From Opitutales bacterium (lineage in GTDB: Bacteria; Verrucomicrobiota; Verrucomicrobiia; Opitutales; Opitutaceae): a stretch of 38,438 bases of DNA. A program made the translations under genes and the position numbers. The stretch is taken from NCBI GenBank assembly GCA_021772595.1, contig JAJFLS010000378.1, forward strand, positions 1 to 38,438. The letters are read 5' to 3'. The notes beneath the pieces are model-generated. The model searched no databases and was not told the DNA's origin. It saw only the letters and a list, made by a program, of their open reading frames with translations. Positions 26,105 through 34,562 of the stretch are shown here, in pieces (the first letter of the stretch is position 1; each line of letters opens with the position of its first letter).

Positions 26105-27144
26105 GTGTAAGAGAATTTAATTCGGGAGACGACTCTCGCATCGAAGCAGAAGCAGCCGAGTGGCTCATCAAGCGCGACCGTGGATTCACGGCGGAAGAGC
26201 AGGACGCGTTTTTCCAATGGCTCGGCCAAAGCGCGGTTCACGGCGATTGCTTTGCGAGGCATCAGAAGACCTGGAAGGAGTTTGATTTCCTGGCCCAGTG
26301 GATGCCCGAGCATAGCGGGGAGCCCAATCCGGATTTGCTGGCGAACGGGATGCCTCGGAAATGGTGGAAGTCATGGCGGCCCTATATGGCGCTCGCTGCA
26401 TCGCTAGTGATAGCTATTACGCTTTGGTCGCTGCGGGATGAGTTTGGCGGCTTGCCGGAAAGGCCGGCTCTGCATATCGTCGCGAGTGACTATGGATACC
26501 ATGTCCTGGAAGACGGCTCGGAATTGGATATGAATCGCGGAGCTGAGGTGTCGGTCGAATTCTCGGAAGGGATTCGATTGGTGAAGCTGCTCGCGGGCGA
26601 AGTTCATTTTACAGTGGCCAAGAATCCGAACCGGCCGTTCGTGGTAAGAGCGGGGGGAGCAGATGTACGCGCTGTGGGGACGGCCTTCAACGTATTGCTC
26701 GGTTCCGATTCGTTGGAAGTGTTGGTGACAGAAGGCAAAGTGCGCGTGGAGCAAGCGGTCTTGTCGGATGATCTTAAGGTTGATACGGATGCGGTTCCGA
26801 TCGGTTTGGACTTGGTTCCCGGTCAGCGTTCGGTGGTGCCCTTCGACCTGGATGCGTCTGAGTTTGAGACTACAAATGTCGATGAGGAGGAAATGGGGCT
26901 GCTATTGTCGTGGAAGCATGAATTGCTGGATTTCGACACGACGCCGTTGAGAGAAGCGGTGATAGAGTTTAATCGCCGTAACGATGTGCAACTAGTGATT
27001 GCCGATGATTCGTTGGGCGATCTGCCGATTGTGGTATCTTTTCGATCCAACAACGTCCAGGGTTTCGCCCGTCTTCTGGAACTAACCTTCGAAATCGAAG
27101 TGGAGAGAACAAGCGAACTGGAGATTGTATTGAGGAAGCGTTAA
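26101..27144 (+). CDS. FecR-family anti-sigma/transmembrane sensor
   Basis: EAAEWL...FFQWL N-terminus, one TM helix, LEDGS, GEVHFTVAKNPNRPFVV, VRAVGTAFNV, VTEGKV, SW...LDF...PLREAVIEFNR. Confidence 0.94.
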   Translation: MSVREFNSGDDSRIEAEAAEWLIKRDRGFTAEEQDAFFQWLGQSAVHGDCFARHQKTWKEFDFLAQWMPEHSGEPNPDLLANGMPRKWWKSWRPYMALAASLVIAITLWSLRDEFGGLPERPALHIVASDYGYHVLEDGSELDMNRGAEVSVEFSEGIRLVKLLAGEVHFTVAKNPNRPFVVRAGGADVRAVGTAFNVLLGSDSLEVLVTEGKVRVEQAVLSDDLKVDTDAVPIGLDLVPGQRSVVPFDLDASEFETTNVDEEEMGLLLSWKHELLDFDTTPLREAVIEFNRRNDVQLVIADDSLGDLPIVVSFRSNNVQGFARLLELTFEIEVERTSELEIVLRKR

Positions 27145-27476
27145 GCGTAGCTCTTGAATTGGCGAGGCCGTAAGGCGGAGCGTGGAAAAGTGTACTTATA
27201 AGCCCGATTGTGAAGAGGGCCGTTCGTATGGGCTTCGACTTATTGTACACTCTCTCAGACGATAGTTCCGTTATGCGTATCCAAAAATTTGTTATAAGCG
27301 ATATTGACGCAGCGATAATAGCGATTTCGAGGAATTTGCGCGGTTGTAATTGCAATGTTCAATGCATGATGAAATCGCATCGTCGGTTCGAGTGAGGGTA
27401 GTTATCCATGTGAGCATTGGACGCATTAAACCGTTTTCTGCATCTCTTGCTGGACAGTGAAGCAATACCCTAATAA

Positions 27477-27513
27477 TTCTTTTAGTGTAATTCTAATGTT
27501 CAAACGTCACAGG
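27477..27513 (+). promoter_or_regulatory. Putative ECF-sigma-dependent promoter (copy 2) of the TonB-dependent transducer
   Basis: TTCTTTTAGTGT-N16-CGTCACAGG, 30 nt upstream of ATG 27544. Confidence 0.7.
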
Positions 27514-27543
27514 GGCCACGCGCAAGCGCCCCTATGTCAAACT

Positions 27544-30500
27544 ATGTCCCATTCGAGATTTCTGCGTTTGCAGGTATCCCATCTGAATATCAGATGGGTG
27601 GGTCGTATGCTGGCATTGGGGGTCTTGTTAAACGGCTTGGTCCTTTTCGCGGAAGCGGAAGAGACCAGCCGAAACTACGACATCCCAGAGGGCAAAGCGA
27701 TCAAGACTCTCAAGCTAGCAGCGCTCCAAGGCGAAGTGGACATTATGTTCGCCGCCAGCGTCGCGAAAGGCGTGAGAACCCGATCCATCGAAGGGGAGTT
27801 CACAGTGAGCGAAGCGCTCGATCATATGCTGGAGGGCTCTTCGCTCTCTGTTGTCCAGGACGAAGATTCTGGCGCGTTTGCGATCGTTCGTATTGCGGCT
27901 GACAAACTCGACCACGAATCGGCCTCTAGGGATTCCACAACCCCAATAGCTGAACCTAGAAATACGACTAAAATGAACGAAAAGAAACGAAATATCCGCG
28001 GCCTATTCAAAGGGCTGCTCGCGCTTGCGGTTGCAGGCGCACCTAATCTCTCCGCCCAAGATGGAGGCGATGAGGAAGTGATTGAGCTATCGCCATTTAT
28101 GGTAAGCTCCAGTGATGATACCGGATACCGGGCTACCTCGACCCTGGCGGGTTCTCGCCTTAACATGCAGCTGAAGGACGTTGGTTCTGCGGTCTCGGTT
28201 ATGACGGAGGAATTCATGGACGATACCGGCGCCACCGATGCGGGGACGCTGCTTTCCTATGGACTGAGTACCGAGGTGGCCTCAGGCGATCAGGGAAACT
28301 TCTCAGCTTCTAGTACATCTGGCGATGGCAGGCAGTCTCAAAAATCTGCTCGCGTAAATCCCCAAGGGGGTCAACGCATACGCGGACTGTCTTCGGCGAC
28401 TCTGACCAGAGGATATTTTCTAACCAGCATCCCTTTCGACAAATATAACACGGGTGCCGTAACCATCAATAGAGGGCCTAACTCGCTTCTGTTCGGCATT
28501 GGCAGTCCAGGTGGTGTTATCAATAGCGGTATAAAAGGGGCCACTGTTGGAAGTGAGTTCGGCGAAGTCGAAGCCCGTCTAGGCGAACGTGGAAGCTATC
28601 GCGTTTCATTGGACTACAACAAAACGCTGATAGAAGATCGCCTTGCCTTAAGATTCTCGTTGCTGGAATCGGATACGCAATACCAGCAGAGGCCCGCCTA
28701 TCAGGAAACTTCGCGGCAGTTCTTCGCTTTGCAGGCGAATTTGGCCAAGAACGATAACGTCGACTGGCTGGGGGCGACCACCCTGCGAGCCAATTATGAG
28801 AACGGGACTATTAAAGGCGCTCCAGTAAATAATATTTCAATGTATGATGCGGTGTCCCACTGGTTTGGATTGCCGGACAATATCGACCAGGTGCACGCGA
28901 TAACGGGTGTCGCAAAGGCTCCTTTTGTTGCGAACTATCAGCCCAAGTGGACAGTGGATAACAGTCAAGGGGCGTTTGGGGCTCCAGATTTGGAGAATTT
29001 CGGTCCTAATCGCAATGCCTACTGGGAGCATCTGCCCGTAGTCTTTAACGACCCGTCCGCCACCGAGAGTTCGGTGGGCCTGCCCGATGCCTCCATCGAC
29101 GGCGTGCTTGCTCGCGTGCAGTGGGCAAAAACAAGCGATGATCCCGGTTATGGTCGAGCTGACTTGATCATGAGCGAAAGCTACTTCGGGCAGAACCGTT
29201 CTGGTAGCGGGCTTAGAGCCCCTGGGTTTTCATATCCCAATATTATCGATACAAACGTTTACGATAACCGCCGCATGCTTCTAACCGGCACGAACCAATG
29301 GGTGGAGCACGATTTCGATGTTAAAAACATCAGGCTCGAGCAGACCTTTCTGGACAACAAAGCGGGAATCGAATTGGCCTACAATGCTGAAAACTACGCG
29401 CGTCAGGAGCATATGCCGGCATCCAACGGACACCGGCAAAGCATTATGGTGGACCTTAACGAGAGACTTTCAAATGGCATGGTGAACCCCAACGTCGGTC
29501 GACCGTTCCTTTTCGATATGGGAACCGATGACCGGAATATCAATCACACGGATCGGGAAGCCTATCAAGCCACTGCCTTTTATGAGATCGATTTCAGCAG
29601 CAGGGGCGACGGGTGGACCAGCTGGTTGGGACGCCATGTTCTCACAGGATTCGCTGGCTCCCAAACGATTGACAATAAGAGCTTTCAATATCGCCCGGTG
29701 ATGATGGATATCGATGGTAGCACCGACATCGCGTCCTACCAGAATAATAAGCTTAATGCGTGGCGCCGGAATATTCCCAGCGTGGTTTACCTTGGGCCGT
29801 CGATGCTCGGATCGGAATACCAATCTCTCTCCGATGTGCAGATCGACAATTATTGGCATGGACGCACGCCGCAAACGGGGGATATCGTGACCGAGCAGTA
29901 TCAAACCTGGACCCCGACCTGGAAGGGCGATGGGTTTGAGCAAGACCTGTTCTTTCAAGACGACTTCGTAGTCGAGGAATTCCTCATCAACGGCGGCCGC
30001 TCGCGCCGCGAAATCGATTCGGAAGTCATCAGTTCCCAGAGTCACTGGCTTAACGGCAATGTCGTCACGGTTGTCGGCTGGAGGAGCGATGAAATGACGG
30101 ACACCCGTCGAATCCAAAACTCCGTTTACAATGATTTGGCGCCGGACACCAATAACTTCCGTTTCGCAAACGGGGCTATGGATCCGGGTTCTTTCGTTCT
30201 TGGTGAATTGGAGGATGATATGACGTCTCAATCCGGAAACACCTTTTCGGGAAGCATCGTTGCCCATGTGCCGAAGAATTGGTTGAAGCTTCCTTACGAT
30301 TCCCGTTTGAGCTTCCACTATAGCGAGTCCGAGAATTTCTCGGCTTCAGGAGTCCGCAGAAATGTTCTAGGAGAACTCGTTCCAGCGCCGACAGGGGAAA
30401 CCACTGATCAAGGCTTCACGCTGAACACCTTGAACAATCGGTTATCTATCCGTTTGAATTGGTTCGAAACCTCGAGCAGTTTTGCAAGCGGAACGGGCGT

Positions 30501-31434
30501 TGGGGCGCCCGGTTGGGTTAACGGCGGCATGCAGCGTTGGAGAGATGCGGAAACCGGTGGCATGACCTTCGCAGATGCTATGGCATTGAATACCGATTTA
30601 ACAGGCACCGACGTATCCCATCTATTCAGCAGCTACCAGGACGTTTACGACGAAGCGTTGAGCATGCTTCCCCAGCAGGTAAAGGATCGCTGGGAAGGGT
30701 GGGATGAGAACGGTACAGGCAAGTTTGGCGTTTGGACTCCGAATCCGGGCCAGTCGGCAACCCGAGACTTCGTTGCCGAAGGTTTTGAAGTGGATATCAC
30801 TGGGAAACTGACAGAAGGCTGGACCGTTGCTCTGAATGTGGCCAAACAGGAAACCGTCACATCCAACTCGTCGCCTGTAGCCTCGGAATTCGCGTTTACG
30901 GTAGCCGAGAACTATGCGAATTCCCCGCTGGGAAATATGATCGACTCGCCTAACCTTTCAGAGCCGCAGACTTGGTCGCAGCGCTGGGTTACCTCCGCGA
31001 TAAATCCGATGGTTGCAGCCATCGCAAAGGACGGTCAGGTTTCCCAGGAGCAAAGGAAATGGCGCGCTAATTTCATCACCAACTACACCTTTACCGAAGG
31101 CTTTCTAAAAGACTTCCAAATTGGTGGGGCGCTTCGGTGGCAGGATAAGATCGCCACAGGCTATCACGTAACAGTCACTGGAGATGGCCGCGTGTTTCCA
31201 ATTATAGATGATCCATTTTTTGGAGAAGCTGAAATGAATGGAGACCTTTGGCTCAAGTACGGCCGGCCTATTCTCAATGATAAAGTCGATTGGAAGGTAC
31301 AGCTTAATTTGAGAAATATCTATCGGAGCAATAGTGACTTTATTCCTATTCTGACCAATCCGGATGGCCGGCACGCGATATACCGGAATGCTAATCCAGA
31401 GGAGATATTCCTGACCAACACGTTTAGTTTTTAG
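27544..31434 (+). CDS. TonB-dependent receptor/transducer with an STN domain and a second, internal signal peptide (possible second start at ATG 27973)
   Basis: Signal peptide, STN domain (YDIPEG...IEGEFTVSEALDHMLEGSSL), plug (ELSPFMV...GYRATSTLAGSR...IRG...INRGPNSLLFG...PGG), beta-barrel and C-terminal LTNTFSF beta-signal. Start 27544 is chosen because earlier starts fall within or upstream of the putative promoter. Confidence 0.9.
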   Translation: MSHSRFLRLQVSHLNIRWVGRMLALGVLLNGLVLFAEAEETSRNYDIPEGKAIKTLKLAALQGEVDIMFAASVAKGVRTRSIEGEFTVSEALDHMLEGSSLSVVQDEDSGAFAIVRIAADKLDHESASRDSTTPIAEPRNTTKMNEKKRNIRGLFKGLLALAVAGAPNLSAQDGGDEEVIELSPFMVSSSDDTGYRATSTLAGSRLNMQLKDVGSAVSVMTEEFMDDTGATDAGTLLSYGLSTEVASGDQGNFSASSTSGDGRQSQKSARVNPQGGQRIRGLSSATLTRGYFLTSIPFDKYNTGAVTINRGPNSLLFGIGSPGGVINSGIKGATVGSEFGEVEARLGERGSYRVSLDYNKTLIEDRLALRFSLLESDTQYQQRPAYQETSRQFFALQANLAKNDNVDWLGATTLRANYENGTIKGAPVNNISMYDAVSHWFGLPDNIDQVHAITGVAKAPFVANYQPKWTVDNSQGAFGAPDLENFGPNRNAYWEHLPVVFNDPSATESSVGLPDASIDGVLARVQWAKTSDDPGYGRADLIMSESYFGQNRSGSGLRAPGFSYPNIIDTNVYDNRRMLLTGTNQWVEHDFDVKNIRLEQTFLDNKAGIELAYNAENYARQEHMPASNGHRQSIMVDLNERLSNGMVNPNVGRPFLFDMGTDDRNINHTDREAYQATAFYEIDFSSRGDGWTSWLGRHVLTGFAGSQTIDNKSFQYRPVMMDIDGSTDIASYQNNKLNAWRRNIPSVVYLGPSMLGSEYQSLSDVQIDNYWHGRTPQTGDIVTEQYQTWTPTWKGDGFEQDLFFQDDFVVEEFLINGGRSRREIDSEVISSQSHWLNGNVVTVVGWRSDEMTDTRRIQNSVYNDLAPDTNNFRFANGAMDPGSFVLGELEDDMTSQSGNTFSGSIVAHVPKNWLKLPYDSRLSFHYSESENFSASGVRRNVLGELVPAPTGETTDQGFTLNTLNNRLSIRLNWFETSSSFASGTGVGAPGWVNGGMQRWRDAETGGMTFADAMALNTDLTGTDVSHLFSSYQDVYDEALSMLPQQVKDRWEGWDENGTGKFGVWTPNPGQSATRDFVAEGFEVDITGKLTEGWTVALNVAKQETVTSNSSPVASEFAFTVAENYANSPLGNMIDSPNLSEPQTWSQRWVTSAINPMVAAIAKDGQVSQEQRKWRANFITNYTFTEGFLKDFQIGGALRWQDKIATGYHVTVTGDGRVFPIIDDPFFGEAEMNGDLWLKYGRPILNDKVDWKVQLNLRNIYRSNSDFIPILTNPDGRHAIYRNANPEEIFLTNTFSF

Positions 31435-31460
31435 ATCTTCTTTTTAGATCGTTTTTCCTG

Positions 31461-31494
31461 AGGTCCCGCGCGTTTTCGCGCGGGGCCTTTCTTG
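31461..31494 (+). terminator. Rho-independent terminator after the TonB-dependent receptor
   Basis: AGGTCCCGCGCG-TTTT-CGCGCGGGGCCT followed by TTCTT. Confidence 0.75.
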
Positions 31495-31753
31495 CGAAAT
31501 CAAGCAGTCGCTAGGTTGTCGCCGCTGCGCGGGTACAAATAGCTTGGCTACTCGCCCCGTGTTGGAACCCCTTAGCTAAGGGATTCGCCAAGGTTTTTCA
31601 CAAAAGGCTCTGCGAGCATTGAGTGAAAATTCGTGTCTAATTCCCCAATTTCGATGCTGCTCGCCAAATCGCGCCCGAAAACGGGGGTCTGTTTCTTGCA
31701 GTCGCTACTGATGGCGCCAGTTCATCGAAGGGAGGCTTCCTTCGAGCATTTTG

Positions 31754-31824
31754 CTGTAGCCGCGATCGTCGTTGGACCCCGATAGTTGGGTAGTTAGCAG
31801 TGCGAACCGCGATCGCGGCTACAG
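31754..31824. repeat. GTAG-headed inverted repeat (REP doublet, family E)
   Basis: ctgtagccgcgatcg ... cgatcgcggctacag, perfect 15-bp arms. Confidence 0.75.
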
Positions 31825-32012
31825 AGAAAGCTTGTTTGTGGGTCGGCGCTTCGAGCTGTCGGAATAACGACAGAATGAAACGCCCCCCGAAGACGGATCG
31901 GATGAAGGCTTGGCTGGACTTTGAGATGTATTTCCGTTTTCTTTGACGTCTTAGCTTTCAGATTCGAATTTTGAATCTCAACCGAAACGTTTAAACCACA
32001 CCCATCAAGAAG

Positions 32013-33302
32013 ATGATGAATCTATCACGACGAAAATTCGTTCAAACAGCGGCGACTTCTGCAATAGCTGCCAACGCGCTGCTCTCTAAAGCGGGAGCCT
32101 CTGACTCCACGGCCAGCAAGACCGTGAAGGTCGCGGCCATCGGCTGCGGCGGTCGCTCGAATCGGGACATCCCGAATTTCATAAAAGCCTGCGACATGCT
32201 GGGGCTGAAGGCGGAATTCGTCGCCTTGGCGGACGCTTTTGAGGACAAGGCGTTTGAGCAAGCGGACAAATACGAGATCGACCGCAGCCGCTGTATCGTC
32301 GGCTGGGACTCGTACCAGAAGGTGGCCGAATCCGACGCGGAGTTCGTGATGCTGATCACGCCGCCGGTTTTCCGCCCGAAACATTTGGAAACGCTCGTCG
32401 AAGCAGGAAAACACGTGCTCATGCAAAAGCCCGTCGCTGTGGACGCCCCCGGTTGCCGCAAGGTGATCGAAGCCGGTGAACGCGCGAAGAAGAAAGGTCT
32501 GGCGATTCTGGCCGGCACGCAGCGCCGCCACACGGTCGGCTATATGGAGAACGCCGCGAAAATCGAAAACGGCGCGATCGGCGAAATCCTTGGCGGAACG
32601 GTCAGCTGGAACGGAACCGTGCCGTGGATCTGGGAACGCCAGAAAGGCTGGAGCGACGCGGATTACCTCGCTCGCAATTGGCTCAACTGGTATCAGATGT
32701 CTGGAGACCATCTCGGTGAGCAACACGTCCACAACATCGACGTTGCCAACTGGTATCTGGGACGCACGCCTCAGTCGGCAATCGGCTTCGGTGGCCGCGC
32801 GCGTCGCGAGACGGGTAACAACTACGATTTCTTCAGCCTCGATCTCGACTATGGAAACGGCGTGCACATTCACAGCCAATGCCGTCAGATCAGCGGCACC
32901 TATCCTCGCGTCGGCGAGTTCTTCCGCGGAACGAAAGGCGAAGTCCAAGGGGGCGGAAAATTGAAAGGCGTCGATGTATCGATCCCGAAATTCGACGTGA
33001 TGGACAAGGACGGAAACGTGCAGGAATTGTTAGACTGGATACAAAGCGCTCGCAGCGGAAATCCGATCAACGAAGCCCGCCAGATCGCCGAGTCGACAGC
33101 GACTGCCATAATGGGACGCTACGCGGCCTATACCGGCAAGTTCGTTCGGTTTAGCGATCTGATGGCGAATCCGAAATCCGAGTTCTACGATTTGAAGGTC
33201 AGCATCCAGCCCGAGCATTTCGAAAAGGGCATCGTCGCTCTGCCGCCCGAAAACGAAGTCCCCGTCCCCGGCGACGGCAAAGAGATCCGGCGACGGGTTT
33301 AG
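32013..33302 (+). CDS. Tat-exported Gfo/Idh/MocA-family oxidoreductase
   Basis: SRRKFV Tat signal; IGCGGR nucleotide-binding motif; KHVLMQKPVA; GTQRR; GDHLGEQHVHNID. Confidence 0.93.
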   Translation: MMNLSRRKFVQTAATSAIAANALLSKAGASDSTASKTVKVAAIGCGGRSNRDIPNFIKACDMLGLKAEFVALADAFEDKAFEQADKYEIDRSRCIVGWDSYQKVAESDAEFVMLITPPVFRPKHLETLVEAGKHVLMQKPVAVDAPGCRKVIEAGERAKKKGLAILAGTQRRHTVGYMENAAKIENGAIGEILGGTVSWNGTVPWIWERQKGWSDADYLARNWLNWYQMSGDHLGEQHVHNIDVANWYLGRTPQSAIGFGGRARRETGNNYDFFSLDLDYGNGVHIHSQCRQISGTYPRVGEFFRGTKGEVQGGGKLKGVDVSIPKFDVMDKDGNVQELLDWIQSARSGNPINEARQIAESTATAIMGRYAAYTGKFVRFSDLMANPKSEFYDLKVSIQPEHFEKGIVALPPENEVPVPGDGKEIRRRV

Positions 33303-33317
33303 ATTTGTTTGCTAAAT

Positions 33318-33393
33318 GGTAGGGCTGCTTGTCCTCAAGCAGCCGAAAAGTATTGGTACGATCTGCGGCTGCTTAGGGATAAGCAGCCCTACC
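33318..33393. repeat. REP doublet (family C, GTAGGGCTGCTT...AAGCAGCCG)
   Basis: ggtagggctgcttgtcctcaagcagccg ... cggctgcttagggataagcagccctacc. Confidence 0.88.
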
Positions 33394-33446
33394 TTGCTGC
33401 AAACTACGAAGACCGAAAAAAGCGTATAACTAATACGATCCTTGAG

Positions 33447-34556
33447 ATGAAATGGAAATGCCACGCAGCTACTTGGTTGCTTACTGCTCTTGCGTTTTTC
33501 TCGATTGTCGAAGCGACTCCCGATTCAGAGGAAGCCGCGGAACCCTGGACCTTCGTCAGTATTCCCGACTTTCTGAATTTCGATATAGAGTACCCGCAGG
33601 TGGGTTGGGAGGACGCGCTGGGATTCATTTTGGACTCCATGAAAAGCGAGGAGCCCGCTTTCGTTATGGTTGCGGGCGACTTGGTTATGGGGCATTGGGG
33701 GACGGTCGAGGAAGAAGTCGATAAATGGGCGGATCAATATTATCCGCAATGGATAAACCGCTTCAAGGATCACGGCCTAAAAGTCTACACGGCGCTTGGT
33801 GACCATGAGATCGGCGACAATCCGTGGCGGAACGAAAGGGCGAAAGCAGTTCCCTTCTATAAAGAGGCCTTCAAGCGTCACCTCCAAATGCCTCTCAACG
33901 GACCAGAACATATGAAAGGCACCGCATTTCATTGGCGGCACAAGAATGTTCTATTCGTGTCCGTCGATGTCTTCGAAAAAGGGAACGGGCAGGAAGGCGA
34001 AATCGTCGCGCAAGTTACGGGCAGGCAACTGGCGTGGCTCGATGATGTATTGAAAACGCATCGCGAAGAGGTCGACCACTTCGTTGTAATGGGCCATACT
34101 CCAATCTTGCGCCCGGTTCGGATGTTTAGCTCGAGCGGCATGCTGCTAGAAGTGGGCCGCGAATCGGATTTATGGAAGACCTTCGTGAAGTACAATGTAG
34201 ATTTATATATTTGCGGCGAAGTCCATGCGGTGACCTGCACGGAGATTGACGGTATTCAGCAAGTTGCGCACGGCGGGCTGATCGGTCGAACGACGAAACC
34301 AAACTACATGGTGGTCACGGTACATAATGATCGGCTCGAGCTTGAACTCAAGGAGATAGACCTGATCAACGGCGAAGGGATGCTCTGGCAGCACGACAAG
34401 AAACGCGGCCCATACGATACGATACAAATAACCGAGGCCCGCAAGCGGGAAGGGTTCAAGTCGATCGGCTTTGCGTGCATCGACAAGCGAGAAGGCGAAA
34501 GACGATTCGAATCCGTATCCGGATTCTTCGACGAAACGAACAATCCTGTTGATTAG
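33447..34556 (+). CDS. Exported calcineurin-like metallophosphoesterase with atypical metal ligands, 369 aa
   Basis: Signal peptide from ATG 33447; motifs SIPDF, VAGDLV, LGDHE, QLAWL, MGHTP, ICGEVH. Confidence 0.8.
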   Translation: MKWKCHAATWLLTALAFFSIVEATPDSEEAAEPWTFVSIPDFLNFDIEYPQVGWEDALGFILDSMKSEEPAFVMVAGDLVMGHWGTVEEEVDKWADQYYPQWINRFKDHGLKVYTALGDHEIGDNPWRNERAKAVPFYKEAFKRHLQMPLNGPEHMKGTAFHWRHKNVLFVSVDVFEKGNGQEGEIVAQVTGRQLAWLDDVLKTHREEVDHFVVMGHTPILRPVRMFSSSGMLLEVGRESDLWKTFVKYNVDLYICGEVHAVTCTEIDGIQQVAHGGLIGRTTKPNYMVVTVHNDRLELELKEIDLINGEGMLWQHDKKRGPYDTIQITEARKREGFKSIGFACIDKREGERRFESVSGFFDETNNPVD

Positions 34557-34562
34557 AAACTA

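Noticed and set aside
27189-27380. Imperfect inverted repeat (AGTGTAC...GTACACT) and a Fur-box-like AT-rich stretch between fecR and the receptor
   Set aside because: Pairing is interrupted and the match to GATAATGATAATCATTATC is weak; no riboswitch consensus was recognised.
27457-27543. Track start of the receptor at GTG 27457 (or ATG 27496)
   Set aside because: These codons lie upstream of or inside the putative promoter motif and would give an implausibly long n-region.
31500-31750. Short palindromes (CCCTTAGCTAAGGG; TCGAAGGGAGGCTTCCTTCGA) and an IS-end-like GTTTTTCACAAAAGGCTCT
   Set aside because: No partner terminal repeat, transposase remnant or recognisable ncRNA; too little evidence for a call.
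33309-33446. 46-aa N-terminal extension of the metallophosphoesterase in the ORF track
   Set aside because: It is read-through of a REP doublet; the signal peptide begins at ATG 33447.
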